64,000 bases of DNA, from contig OZ287694.1 in NCBI GenBank assembly GCA_965649825.1, forward strand, positions 2,135,292 through 2,199,291. The letters run 5' to 3'. The notes under the pieces are model-generated. The model ran no database searches, was not told the origin of the DNA, and saw only the letters and a program-made list of their open reading frames with translations. The number at the start of each line of letters is the position of its first letter. Positions within the stretch are counted from its first letter, which is position 1. This DNA is from Penicillus capitatus. Taxonomy: Eukaryota; Plantae; Chlorophyta. Shown piece after piece: positions 1 through 10,660 of the stretch. The position numbers and the translations under genes are program-made.

Positions 1-155
1 TGTCTTCACACGTCGAGGACGCCTCTGGCAGCGAAGACGCCTCGACCTCCAAGACGAAGACAAGATTCACATGTCCTCGAGAAAACACTGGCATCTTTGT
101 CGTGCAGTAAGACCGCCTCGACTGATACACTTCTCTCACTCCTTGATACAGGGCC

Positions 156-3100
156 ATGAGCATCACCTTTTCTGATCTTATCTTCGAGGGCTGCACAACT
201 GACGGAAAGAATGAATCCGAGCCAATTGTCAGGGTCATGGGATGCAACAACCGAAACGTCTCCGGGATCGTTTCTCTGCTTCGCGTGACCTTTAGGAATA
301 ACACACTCGTTGGTGCGTCGGGACTGCGTATGTCCGAGTCGTCGTGTTCCGAGTTGGAGATGGTGGACGTCGAAATTGCGGACAACGAGTGCTCGAGCGA
401 CGGATGCGGCGTCTTCCTTGCGATGAACAGCAGTCTGGAGAACTGCGCCGCGTCTGGAAACAGAGTGGTCAAATCCGACGAGCAGATGTCGTCCTTGTTG
501 TACGCTCCGGCGTCATCCAATACCACGATCCAAGGATTCGCGGCTTCCAGAAACAACATCACCGTCGTTCGACTTCGAGATGGCCTCCTTTCTCTGTCCA
601 ACGCGTCGTTCATGTGGAATTCTCTGGACAATAAACACGGCAGCGAGATGAATGCCTCGTGTGTTCATTTGGACAGCTCGTATGTCGAAATCAGCAACTG
701 CAGTTTCATCGCGAACGAAGGCTACAACAAATCAGCTATCTTTGCTGGAAAGTCAAACATATTTGTGTCTGGTTCAGAGTTCCGAAACAACGTCGGTTCT
801 TGGAATGGCGGATTCATGTACGCGCAGAACACAAAAGTGACGCTGGAAAGCTCCTTTGCGACAAACAACAGCGCAGGCGCAAGAGGCGGATTCATTTACA
901 CGTGGAACTCGACTGTGAAGTTGGAAAACACCACGGCGACAAACAACAATGCAATGGATAGTGGCGGATTCATCGCCGCGATTCGATCGACTGTGAAGCT
1001 GGAAAACACCTCGGCGAAAGACAACAGCGCACGAACAAGAGGCGGATTCATTTACACGCGGACTTCTAAAAACGTGACGCTAAAAAACACTGCTGCGACA
1101 AACAACAGTGCAGGGGGACTAGGCGGATTCATCACCGCGTTTCAATCGAACGTGACGCTGGAGAACACCACTTCGACGAACAGCAACGCACGGCGTGATG
1201 GCGGATTTATGTACGCGGGGAACTCGACTGTGAAGCTGGAGAACACCACTTCGACGAACAGCAACGCACGGCGTGATGGCGGATTTATGTACGCGGGGAA
1301 CTCGACTGTGAAGCTGGAGAACACCACTTCGACGAACAGCAACGCACAGCGTGATGGCGGATTTATGTACGCGGGGAACTCGACTGTGAAGCTGGAGAAC
1401 ACCACTTCGACGAACAGCAACGCACAGCGTGATGGCGGATTTATGTACGCGGGGAACTCGAACGTGACGCTGGAGAACACCACTTCGACGAACAGCAGCG
1501 TGGGGGTAGATGGTGGTCTTGTGTATGGAATCTCTTCAGAGCTGAGAATCACACTGTCACAATTCTCTTCGAGCAACTCTATCTCTGGAGGCTTTGTCGC
1601 ATTAGACAACAGCTCGATCTTCATGAATGACTCTGAGATTGTTGGAGGAAGATCCAAGAATGGCGGAGCAATTTGGATGGAAGCGTCCAACATGAAGGCG
1701 CGCAATCTCACTATAACTCACTGTCGCGCCGACAACTCCGGCGGTGGTGTGATGAGCCTTACACACTCGACGTTTCTTTGTGTCGACTGCAAGTTTGAAA
1801 ACAACTCGGCGGAGAAGGGGAACGGCGGTGCGGTTTTCTTCGATTCGCACCCCGATCAGAATCTGGCGCTGCAGATCGTCCAAAGCCGATTTGAAAACAA
1901 TGAGGCAGAACTCGGAGGTAGGACTTGCGAGAACGATAGGGGGACACTCTTGATACGTACATTTAGGCGGAGTCTTCTTCGAGTGTAGCGAGATAAGAGA
2001 ACACTGCATAACGCACGGTACCGACTGCCCATTCATGGCTTTGACGACCACAAATTTCTCTGGCAATAAAGCGGAAGTTGCCGGAGGCGCCATTTTCGCT
2101 GGTTGCGTTGAAGCCATTCGTTTCGATTGCCCCAAGGCTTCTCCGGATACCGGTCTGGAGTTCTACCAGGGGGAGGACTGGAAAGCTTTGAAGCAACTGG
2201 AGTCCGAGGCGGACATCTGCCCGTCGTGGAAAGGAAATCACGGAAACCTCTATGGACCTGACGTCGGGACGTACGCCACATATGCAAACATGACGATCGA
2301 GAAGGCCATGAGATCCGTCTGCGTCGGCGGAGAGGACTGCGTGATCGATGGGTATCGTACTGGTGAAGATCTGCCAGAGGCAAGAGTAATACTGCTGGAT
2401 GGTTTGGGGCAAGGATCTCCGATCAGTCATCGCGGAGTCAGAGTCAGAGTCAACGCCAACTTGTCATCGCCGGATGGCGAGTTTATGGTTGGTTCGATCG
2501 TGCTGCCGATGGAAGAAGGGAGCTGTACCTTTCAATCTGTCAGAGGCTTCGTCCCTCCGGGCAAGTACGAGCTCACTGTCGGATTTGGTGAAGAAGCGAT
2601 CAAAGACATTGGGATAATTGTGGAAGTTCGAGACTGTTCTACTGGCGAGATTGTGGCGCCTGCTACCGGAGTTTGCCAGGAGTGCAGCAACACAACGTAC
2701 AATTTTGACCTTTCGGCAGGCGCTTGCGAGCCATGTCCAGAGAATGGCAACTGCGAGTCCAGAGTGATCACTCCGGGCGATGGCTACTGGCAGAAGACGC
2801 CGTGTTCCAAGCACATCCACAGGTGTCTGCCGACGTCCTCCTGCAAACGCGAAAACCGCTCCAAGAGCCTGACAGACCTCGTGGGCGACGCTGCGAACTG
2901 CACTTTTGATCGATCTGTGATAGAGAACTACACTCAAGCTCAGTGTGCAAAGGTACAGCTTTGCTTTCATTCGCGTACCCAAGCGATCTGCGTTTTCATC
3001 AAAGGGTCACGAAGGGCCGCTCTGCGGATCATGCTCATCCGGATATGGCTCTGGCCTGTCGGCGAAGTGCAAGAGGTGCCTGAAGAAATTCGTCAACGTT

Positions 3101-4648
3101 GCTCTGATTCTGACATCGATTCTCTTCTTGATCGGACTGACGGGTATCACCGTCAATGGCACACTCAACGTTGGGAAGACGGATCAAAGAGAGCTACGTC
3201 GCCAAAATGCGTTTACTACACGATCGGTCGAGCTGAGGTCTCTTCGTTCTCTCGAAGACCAATCAGAGAGAGCGAATACCGATGAGTCCTCTCGTCGCGG
3301 TGATTCTCCGAGCGATGAATCCACGGAAGGTGTCCCCGCAGACGAGGCATTGCTCGCCAAGTGGAAAGCCGTCGAAATGTTCAAGGTGAGAGAAGCACGT
3401 GCCTTGCTCCCTCGCTTAATGTTTTCTTGTCATCGTCGTAGATCATTCTGAGCTTTGTTCAAACGACCATCTTGTTGGCTTCTTTGGACGTCGGATGGGG
3501 CCTTCCTCTGCTCATCCTGGCAGAAGCAGCAGGTGAAGCCGAGCATTGCTTTGCGTTTTGTGTATTGAGTCGTTGCCGTGGCAGAGTATATCAGTGGCCT
3601 CGCATCAGAAGGCAACAGACGCTCTGTCACGTGTCTAGATCCGTCTGCGCATTCAACAGCGCTGGCTTTCGCGTTCAACCTCTGCTTTGTTCCCGTTGCC
3701 GTGTTTCTCTTCTGGATTGTTCTCTGGACGGTAACGGCTGTGGGGTACGAAGTAGAGAGGCCTCGGCGTTACTTGGCGAAGAGGTGCATGCTATCCCTGA
3801 TGGCATTGTGGTATGTCACTCTGGTGCCAGTGGTCAAAACCGCCATGAGCATCGGCCTCTGCGTCGACGTGCACGACTCGACGAATCTGAAGGAGATTGA
3901 GGCGACGCACAAGTACTGGGCCGTCGACACGGAAATCAAATGCTACGAAGATGACCACGCCAGACTCCTTTACTTCGTGGTCTTGGCGTTCGTCTGTCCT
4001 GCGTACGGCGGATTGCTCATTGTCTTCTCCCTTTTCCTCAGAGCCTCGGCCGAGCAACTGCGCGATAAAAACGGCTGGATCTACGAGACGACGGGATTCC
4101 TCTACCGCAGTTACAGTCTGGGCCGTCGTCGTTACTGGGAAGTCGCTATCGTTCTCAGAAAGGTGGCGATTGCCTTTATGGTGTTCTGCGCCCACCTCTA
4201 CGACAGCGTCGTGCCGATTACTGGAGTCGCGCATGTCATCACGCTTGCCATCGTAGCACAGATTGTGGCGAAGCCCTACCGCAAAGAGTTCGAAGACCTT
4301 GACAGATTCGACCTGGCATCAATGTTCGTTTCGCTGGTGACGATTCTCATGGCGATCACGCTCAAACAAGAAGACTTCCCGGATGACGTCACTCGCGAAT
4401 TGTCGACAGCCGCGTGCGTCTTGCTGAACCTGGCGACCTTTGTTGTCTTTTCTTACTACAATCTGAAGTTCCTGACCGAGTATCTGAAGCACAGGTTGTC
4501 AGAGTGTGATGAAAACCATACGTCATGCTTTGGCGTCTTCGGTGTCCTGAGACGATGGATAGGCTACCAGATCCAACATCTGATTAACAAGCCAAAGTCG
4601 ACACCTGAAGTCTTCGAAACCGCCGAGCAATCGGATCTCGAAGACTAA
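156..4648 (+). CDS. Large multi-exon cell-surface protein: Pmp-like (GGA/FxxN) beta-helix repeats, Cys-rich region and multi-pass TM C-terminus; probably starts upstream of the window
   Basis: ORFs 156-1988, 2035-3285, 2945-3451 and 3578-4648 join through GT-AG introns. Recurrent GGF/GGA(I/V) and FxxN motifs, CQEC...CEPCPENGNC, and several hydrophobic helices (YWAVDTEIKC, YWEVAIVLRK). An acceptor-like TTGATACAG lies just before 156. Confidence 0.8.
1161..1496 (+). repeat. 78-bp (26-aa) near-identical coding tandem repeat, ~4.3 copies
   Basis: GAGAACACCACTTCGACGAACAGC recurs at 1161, 1239, 1317, 1395 and 1473 (unit ENTTSTNSNARRDGGFMYAGNSTVKL). Degenerate copies extend back to ~770. Confidence 0.95.
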
Positions 4649-4849
4649 ACGGATTGACATCCACTTGTTCCAGATTTTTTCTTCTTTCCAAGCTGAACTT
4701 GGATAAGGTTCATATCACATACATAAGCTGTGACGTGACTTGTCTTTTTCTTATCTGCTAGAACAGTCGACACGCAAGTTTGCATATCATCCAAAAGGCA
4801 TGAGTGCTGCTTGTTCTCCGAAACAGGTTTTTAAATTAACGTGACGAAA

Positions 4850-5173
4850 GCGCGGCGCCACGTTTCCGTTCGCGAAGGTTGACGAGAACGACTTCGACGG
4901 CGTCGGTCTAGATGAGAGGTCGCAGTTAACGCGTGCGCTCATTTGTCGCAGACGAAGTCTCTGCCGGTGTACATCGGGTCAGATCCAGCAACTGCAGTCA
5001 CATCATCGCCGACATCATCGATGTCACGTTTCTTTTTAGATCAACCGCATACAGAAGACGTCGTCGAAGGTGAGTCGTCCAAGTCTCCTGACATGGACGA
5101 CACAGTTTCGAGCAAACAAAATCCGCAACTCCGCATACCAAACAACACCGTTGCCTCGAGCGAACTCCATTAA
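4850..5173 (+). pseudogene. Orphan two-exon gene fragment with no start codon
   Basis: Open frame ATFPFAKVDENDFDGVGLDERSQLTRALICRR can splice through a GT-AG intron (~4979-5040) into the frame ending at TAA 5173. No upstream ATG found. Confidence 0.25.
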
Positions 5174-5565
5174 ACACGACAAGAGTTTCCAAATCCACGT
5201 CAACGGAGAGAATCTGTTCGCTCAATGGCTAGATCTGTCACTCGACGTCATTATTGTGCAACGGCGACAGACAAATGCTATCAACGGTGTTTTGAAGTCG
5301 CTACAAAGAGTTTATCCGTTCCGTGGTGACGAGGGAGGGATGCCTTAAAACTGTAGCGCTTCCAGAAATATATATATATTGTACCGAAAACCAGCGTTCC
5401 TAGTCTGTTCCATGATAAACACGGGATTTATGTTTGGTCGAGCATATCAAAGGCGCTCACCGTAGCAAAGGTTTCGTGCAGGTATGTAATCTTGAGGCCT
5501 TCGATGTTAGAACGAATAGTGTTTGGATGCAGTCATCCACAACGAGCCATTTTTTAACCATCACA

Positions 5566-6210
5566 TTAACTCGCGATGAGCCCACATGTGCCCACATTAT
5601 TATACACCTGGCACGGGCCATGGAGTCGGTAGGGTAATGGAACTTTCTTCCATTCACCGAGAGCAATAAACGTTGACTTTCCAAATGGTATCACCAATGC
5701 ACCGGTGGAGCCTACAAAGTGGGGCCGCACCCGATTTTCCACCGGCCATTCTTGATAAACGAATAAAATATCATGAATTGCGTTCGTCTCGTCAGCCATG
5801 CAATCCGTAAAGGAGACTATTGACGTGGTCGAGGGCGTGTGAACTCCTTCACCGCGGATCTTTTCTCCACGGACAAAGAGTGATCCGCTGGCTGAGTCGA
5901 TCGTTACTCCAAACTCCCTCATCGCATCGAGCCCAAGTAGTGTGTTTGTCGCTTTTTCAACGACAATGAAGCGAATCTTCCGAGTTGTGCGTCCGACTGT
6001 AAGCTCCGCCTCCACTTCACCGATCGGGATCGAAAGTGTGCCATAACACCCAGCCACCATCTTCGCCTCTGTGTCGCAAATGGGAAAGTTAAATTCCTTA
6101 CGGGCCTCGTTACTCATGATACTGATCTGTGCTCCACAGTCCATGATCACGGGCAGCCGCTTTCCCACGGAAGTTGTTGCAGTAACCCGAATAAGCGGCA
6201 CTTTTCCCAT
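5566..6210 (-). CDS. Retroviral-type aspartic protease with possible degenerate dUTPase-like C-terminal extension
   Basis: VIMDCGAQISIM active site and the LLGLDAMREFGVTID C-terminal retropepsin motif. The tail GALVIPFGKSTFIALGEWKKVPLP resembles the dUTPase N-terminal strands (weak). Confidence 0.75.
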   Translation of the reverse strand: MGKVPLIRVTATTSVGKRLPVIMDCGAQISIMSNEARKEFNFPICDTEAKMVAGCYGTLSIPIGEVEAELTVGRTTRKIRFIVVEKATNTLLGLDAMREFGVTIDSASGSLFVRGEKIRGEGVHTPSTTSIVSFTDCMADETNAIHDILFVYQEWPVENRVRPHFVGSTGALVIPFGKSTFIALGEWKKVPLPYRLHGPCQVYNNVGTCGLIAS

Positions 6211-6733
6211 CTACAGTGAGACGATTGGCTCTGGGCGTGGCGGACGTAGATTTACTCGACTTCTTCGATTTATGCCAACAACGAGAAGCATTGCGTCCAG
6301 CCTTTCCGCATATTGTGCAGGTCACCGAGTCTTTCCCTCGTGACCCGCTCACCGGCGACTCCTCCAAAGTGCTCTTCGAGGGGCCGATGATTTTCAATAG
6401 CCTCTCGTGTCTTTTTGCTCGTTCGGCGAGGTCATCGAGCAACATGTCCTTCAAAGCACCGTCGGCCAGAGACGTCAGGACAAACTCCCGGGTTAGGTGT
6501 GGAAGAACAACTTCTTGGACCCGCCCGAACGGTATCGGTTCGTCGAGATATCTGATGAAGTGTCTGACTTGCTCAATCCTTTGGACGTTCGTCAGAGTGT
6601 GGCATTCGGCTAGTAGGCGTTCCAGATTCTCGGCGGGCGTGAGCGGCACGGCGGAAGGCTCGAGTGCCGTGATCCGCTCAACCACGTCTTTCCACAACTT
6701 TGTTGCCAAGCCACGAGGCATCTTGAAATCCAT
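6110..6733 (-). CDS. Gag-like protein with degenerate CCHC zinc knuckle
   Basis: CTICGKAGRNASRC matches Cx2Cx4Hx4C with H->R. Helical capsid-like N-terminal part, located directly upstream of the protease ORF. Confidence 0.7.
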   Translation of the reverse strand: MDFKMPRGLATKLWKDVVERITALEPSAVPLTPAENLERLLAECHTLTNVQRIEQVRHFIRYLDEPIPFGRVQEVVLPHLTREFVLTSLADGALKDMLLDDLAERAKRHERLLKIIGPSKSTLEESPVSGSRGKDSVTCTICGKAGRNASRCWHKSKKSSKSTSATPRANRLTVDGKSAAYSGYCNNFRGKAAARDHGLWSTDQYHE

Positions 6734-6827
6734 CTGCGGAAATCAGTATCTCTAGTAATCTTTTCCACCACTTCATTTATCATGTCGCGCTTCAGGGCTT
6801 TATGTGCTGTCCTAGGGCCTTCGGAAT

Positions 6828-6839
6828 ACTTTGATACCA
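6828..6839 (-). promoter_or_regulatory. Primer-binding site (tRNA-iMet type)
   Basis: Minus strand reads TGGTATCAAAGT, a 10/12 match to the canonical TGGTATCAGAGC, ~100 bp upstream of gag. Confidence 0.6.
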
Positions 6840-7860
6840 ACTAACGGATTCTTTCGCTTGCGGAAGCGTGTAAAAGTGCAAGGTCTCGCAAGAGTTGGGC
6901 ATCATGTCCCTTAAAACATATACCTCGTAATCGACTGCGGTTCACCCACTAGCCTGCAACCCGTTCTTTTCCTCCAAGAGCGTGTTGGAAGCACTCACAA
7001 ACACGCCGTATAAGCCACAGCACCACGATAACGGCAGCCCACTGCATCGTGCTCATCAAAAGCGTCATGCAAGCCGCATTCAAATCCACTTCCCGCAATG
7101 CCAGTTGCCCGGCTTGATAAGTGGATAACCACACAGAGTCGCCTTCCCCTTGAGTTGAGTTTGAGAAGTTCTCCGGCCCGGATAAGTTCCTTTTTAGCGA
7201 ATATTTTAGTCTCCCTTTTATCAGTAGCGGGCATGAAAGCGACTCGTAGATTCATAACCGTCAGAAACGGCAGGGTGGATAAGGTGACGGCCACCGCCAG
7301 CTCCCACCTGAGTCGTTGAACTAACTGATCGATGTACAGGGGTTTCATCGTCTCGCAAGGTATTAACCTCGACCTTGTCCCGAACCAAACTGTTGCGGTT
7401 GGCAGCACGCAAGGCTGGAAACGCAGTACTATTAATGATTACAATTCGTTGGTCTGTTTCCATGAAACTCATCCGGGTCGCGCCTTCATCAGTATCCAAA
7501 AGCGCAGTGAAGATCTCTCCATCGTAAATCCAGTTCTCGTCGATTCGTCGACGTGGACGCCAAGGACTCGACGGTTCTTTTTCGAAGGCAAGTGCAAACG
7601 AAAGAGGCCCCGATCCATCCCATTTCCCCTGCACTGTAATCACGGTGTCGTGTTGTGCTCCTAGATGAGACAGGATCGCACGTGGAACACGGCGGAACCG
7701 TCTCGCAGGACCTGAGAGAGGAGATTACTCGGCGAAGGCTTTCTGACCAGAATGACGCTTTCGACAGCGGCTTCTTTCAAAGCCGTCAACGGACACAAGA
7801 GAAACGGCTGTTTCGCCACGTGCGTGCATCGAGCACTCCGACCTCTCGTTCGACGTCAAG

Positions 7861-7942
7861 GGATGCAGTGTAGACGCCTCGAGTCGTTGAGGCGTCGGTT
7901 TCCCTTCAGTTGACATGAGACAGGTTGATGTGACGCGTAAGT
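7861..7942 (+). repeat. 82-bp dispersed repeat, copy 1
   Basis: Ungapped alignment to 31088-31169 with 68/82 identities (manual count). Contains the hairpin GACGCCTC-N8-GAGGCGTC and the GATGTGAC motif. Confidence 0.85.
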
Positions 7943-8019
7943 CTCGTTGAAGGAAACCTTCCAGTCGTTCAAGCAATTTTCTGACGGATCGTGCCTTCCC
8001 GTCTCGGCGATTACACACA

Positions 8020-9264
8020 TCATTCTTTTTGATTCTGCAGGTCATTCAATTCTTGTTCCAGGAACTCGATAGACTGCTCTCCCGCGATCTGTTTCCGACC
8101 GAACATCCACGTCGGATATCCCTTGACGTCGGCGTCTTCGCACGCCGATGCGCGTTTCACGCCCTGGACCACGCACAAGTCGACCCCTCTCCAGCCCGCC
8201 AACAAAGCTTCTCACCTTTCGGTAGCCGTCTGGATAGCATTCGACGTAGGGAAAGAACTCCATCGCCCCTTTGCCGAAGCTCTGCTTCTGGTCGTAGCAG
8301 TGATCGCACCAAAACGCGCCAAACATCCGCACGCCCGCCTCTCTCAGTCTCTTGGCCAGGGCGATCGTCTCGCCACTGGCCTCGGCCGTCACCACCGGGT
8401 CCTGCACAAACACGCACCCCATCGCGTCGACGCCGCCCGTGGACCATACGCTGTAGTCAATGACGATGTCTCTGGCGACGGCTGCGTCGTCGACTGTGTT
8501 GAAAACCGTCAGCAGAGACACGGCAACGACGCCGGCCAGAGCCGAGCTCGGCACCCAGGCCGTCGTAAGCTCCTCTCGCCGCGGAATCGTCGACGCCAGT
8601 CCGAACATCGCGAAGGAGAGCGCGGCCGAGAGATAGCACCACGAACAGACGGCGCCGTCCAGCTTCGTCAGCAGCGTGTACACCAGCACCGCGGAAGACG
8701 ATGCCATGACGGCCGCGCCGCTCAGCAGCATCGCCTTGGAGGCGGCCGTCGCATCCTGGCTGAGACAGTCCCACGCGCAGAGACCCACCGCGCCGTATCC
8801 GAAGAACCCTAATCCGCACGACACCGTCGACGTCGCCGTGACGAGCCGGGGCTTCGCACCCAGAAGCGAAAGGGGGACGCCGTAGACCTCGGAGTAGGCG
8901 CTGTTCGCCACGAGATCGCATCCGGCGTCGAGACACGCCAGCGGCACGTGGAGAAACCTCGACTGCGGAACGGGAACCCGTCAGAGAGCAGCAGGCAGGT
9001 GTCGCGAAGACGACCGCAGTGAGGTAGAGCGTCTCCGCTGCGCCCGCAGCCGCCAGTCCCATCAGCGCCTTGCACGTCTTCTGCAGCACCGCCTTCGACA
9101 CAGAGCGCTTCGAAGAGGAAGGGGTGCGACGAGGCCACGTCATCCGTCGTCGCGCAGTGCCGCCGGAGACGCCTCGAGACGGGCTTCGGAGTTCGGCGCC
9201 GGGAGACGGCGCCGGGAGACATCCCTCGCGTCCGAGCAGACGCCGACGACATCGTGCCCCTCAT
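8020..9264 (-). CDS. LTO1: Lumen thiol oxidoreductase (VKOR + thioredoxin-like), multi-exon
   Basis: [35 protein letters not shown] (VKOR CxxC), [11 protein letters not shown] and GYPTW (Trx-like domain). Basic, Ser/Arg-rich transit peptide. Confidence 0.9.
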
Positions 9265-9333
9265 GAACGAAGACCGCGTGCGTCATCATCAATTCCATTC
9301 ATTACGTGCTCTTGCTGCGAAGGCGTTGTCGTC

Positions 9334-10572
9334 ATGGCGCATCGTCTCCTCTACGACCCGGACGAGGACGGCTGGGAGCGTTCCGACTTCCCCATCGTCT
9401 GCGAAACATGTCTCGGTCCCAATCCCTACGTCCGAATGCAACGGGCCCGTCCACCGCCTCTCCCTCTCCGGACCGACCGACGGACGCTGTGTAGATAGAG
9501 TACGGCGGGACGTGCCACATCTCGGGCCGACCCTACACCGTCTTCCGCTGGCGCCCCGGCAGCGACGCCCGGTAATGCACGGCCGTCCGACGCACAGCAA
9601 CATCCACCCACCCCTGTGTCTTTCAGCTACAAGAAGACGATCATCTGCCAGGAGGTGGCCAAGGCGAAGAACGTCTGTCAGGTGTGTCTGTTGGATCTGG
9701 ACTACGGTCTGCCGGTCCAAGTGCGCGACAAGGCATCGGGGCTGGAGGTCGAGGACGTTCCCAACAGCGACGTCAACAAGGAGTACATGCTGGAAATGCA
9801 CAAACAGACCGGAGAACTGGGCCAGCAGTACAAGCAGATGCCCAGGAACGAGACGCTGACCAAGATGCAGCGCATGGCGCCGTTCTACCGGCGCAACCTG
9901 GCACCGGTGTGCACGTTCTTCATCCGGGGCGAGTGCAACCGGGGGACGGAGTGCCCTTACCGCCACGAGCTTCCGACCGACGCGGAGCTGACGGAGCAGA
10001 ACATCAAGGATCGGTACTACGGCGTGAACGATCCCGTCGCGGCGAAGCTGCTGGAGAAGATGGAGCAGCTGCCGAAGCTGACGCCTCCGGAGGATCCCTC
10101 CGTCACGACGCTCTACGTGGGCGGACTGCCCGAGGACGCCGGAGAGGAGGACCTGAGGGACCGCTTCTACGCCTACGGCGAGATCGAGTCGATCAGGGTT
10201 ATCGGGGACAAGAGGTGCGGATTCGTCAAGTACGTCGCCAGATCGGACGCCGAACGGGCGGCCGAGGCCCTGTCGATGAAGCTCTCCGTCAAGGGCGTCC
10301 CCTGCAAGCTGATGTGGAGCAGGCCCAATGCCCCGCAGCGTTCCGTCGTCGACGCCGCGTCCGCTCGGGAGGCGACGTCTGAGACGCCGTATCCCTCCAT
10401 GGATCCCTCTGCCATGGGAAGCTGCCTGCCCCTGAAACGCGGATCGGAGGTCGCTGTCACGTCCGAGAGCAAAAAGCGCAAGACGGCATCGGGGGGCGGA
10501 GCGAGGGCGAGGGCAGCGGCGATGCCGGTGCCCAGGCCGCCTCCCGGTCCGCCGCCCACCGCTCCATCTTGA
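9334..10572 (+). CDS. RBM22: Pre-mRNA splicing factor RBM22/Slt11 (zinc finger + CCCH + RRM), 3 exons
   Basis: [37 protein letters not shown]|IEYGG...[50 protein letters not shown]. Confidence 0.95.
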
Positions 10573-10660
10573 GTGTACGATCAGCTCTGTGTGGATTATT
10601 AAAGTACACGTATCACGCTGTCTGTTTGCCAACTGCTGTAACGGTTAAGATCGCCATCGG

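Larger units (their letters stand above)
5380..6990 (-). mobile_element. Truncated LTR-type (Ty3/gypsy-like) retroelement remnant: PBS, gag, protease, dUTPase-like tail
   Basis: tRNA-iMet-type PBS at 6828-6839, gag with zinc knuckle, retropepsin DCG motif. No RT/integrase and no paired LTRs seen. The left end is next to a (TA)n tract. Confidence 0.75.

Noticed and set aside
1161-1496. Regular direct repeats as a possible CRISPR array
   Set aside because: Contiguous in-frame 78-bp coding units without unique spacers, eukaryotic context, no cas genes.
6841-6990. 5' LTR with a matching 3' LTR for retroelement 1
   Set aside because: No second copy found near 5350-5560 or elsewhere in the window, and no clear TG...CA termini.
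9289-10632. 447-aa antisense ORF over RBM22, and similar long antisense ORFs over FTSH4, GOGAT and dynein
   Set aside because: Typical stop-poor antisense frames of GC3-rich coding sequence.
10637-10641. TGTAA chlorophyte-type polyadenylation signal after RBM22
   Set aside because: Plausible here but not consistently found after other genes in the window, so not called as a feature.
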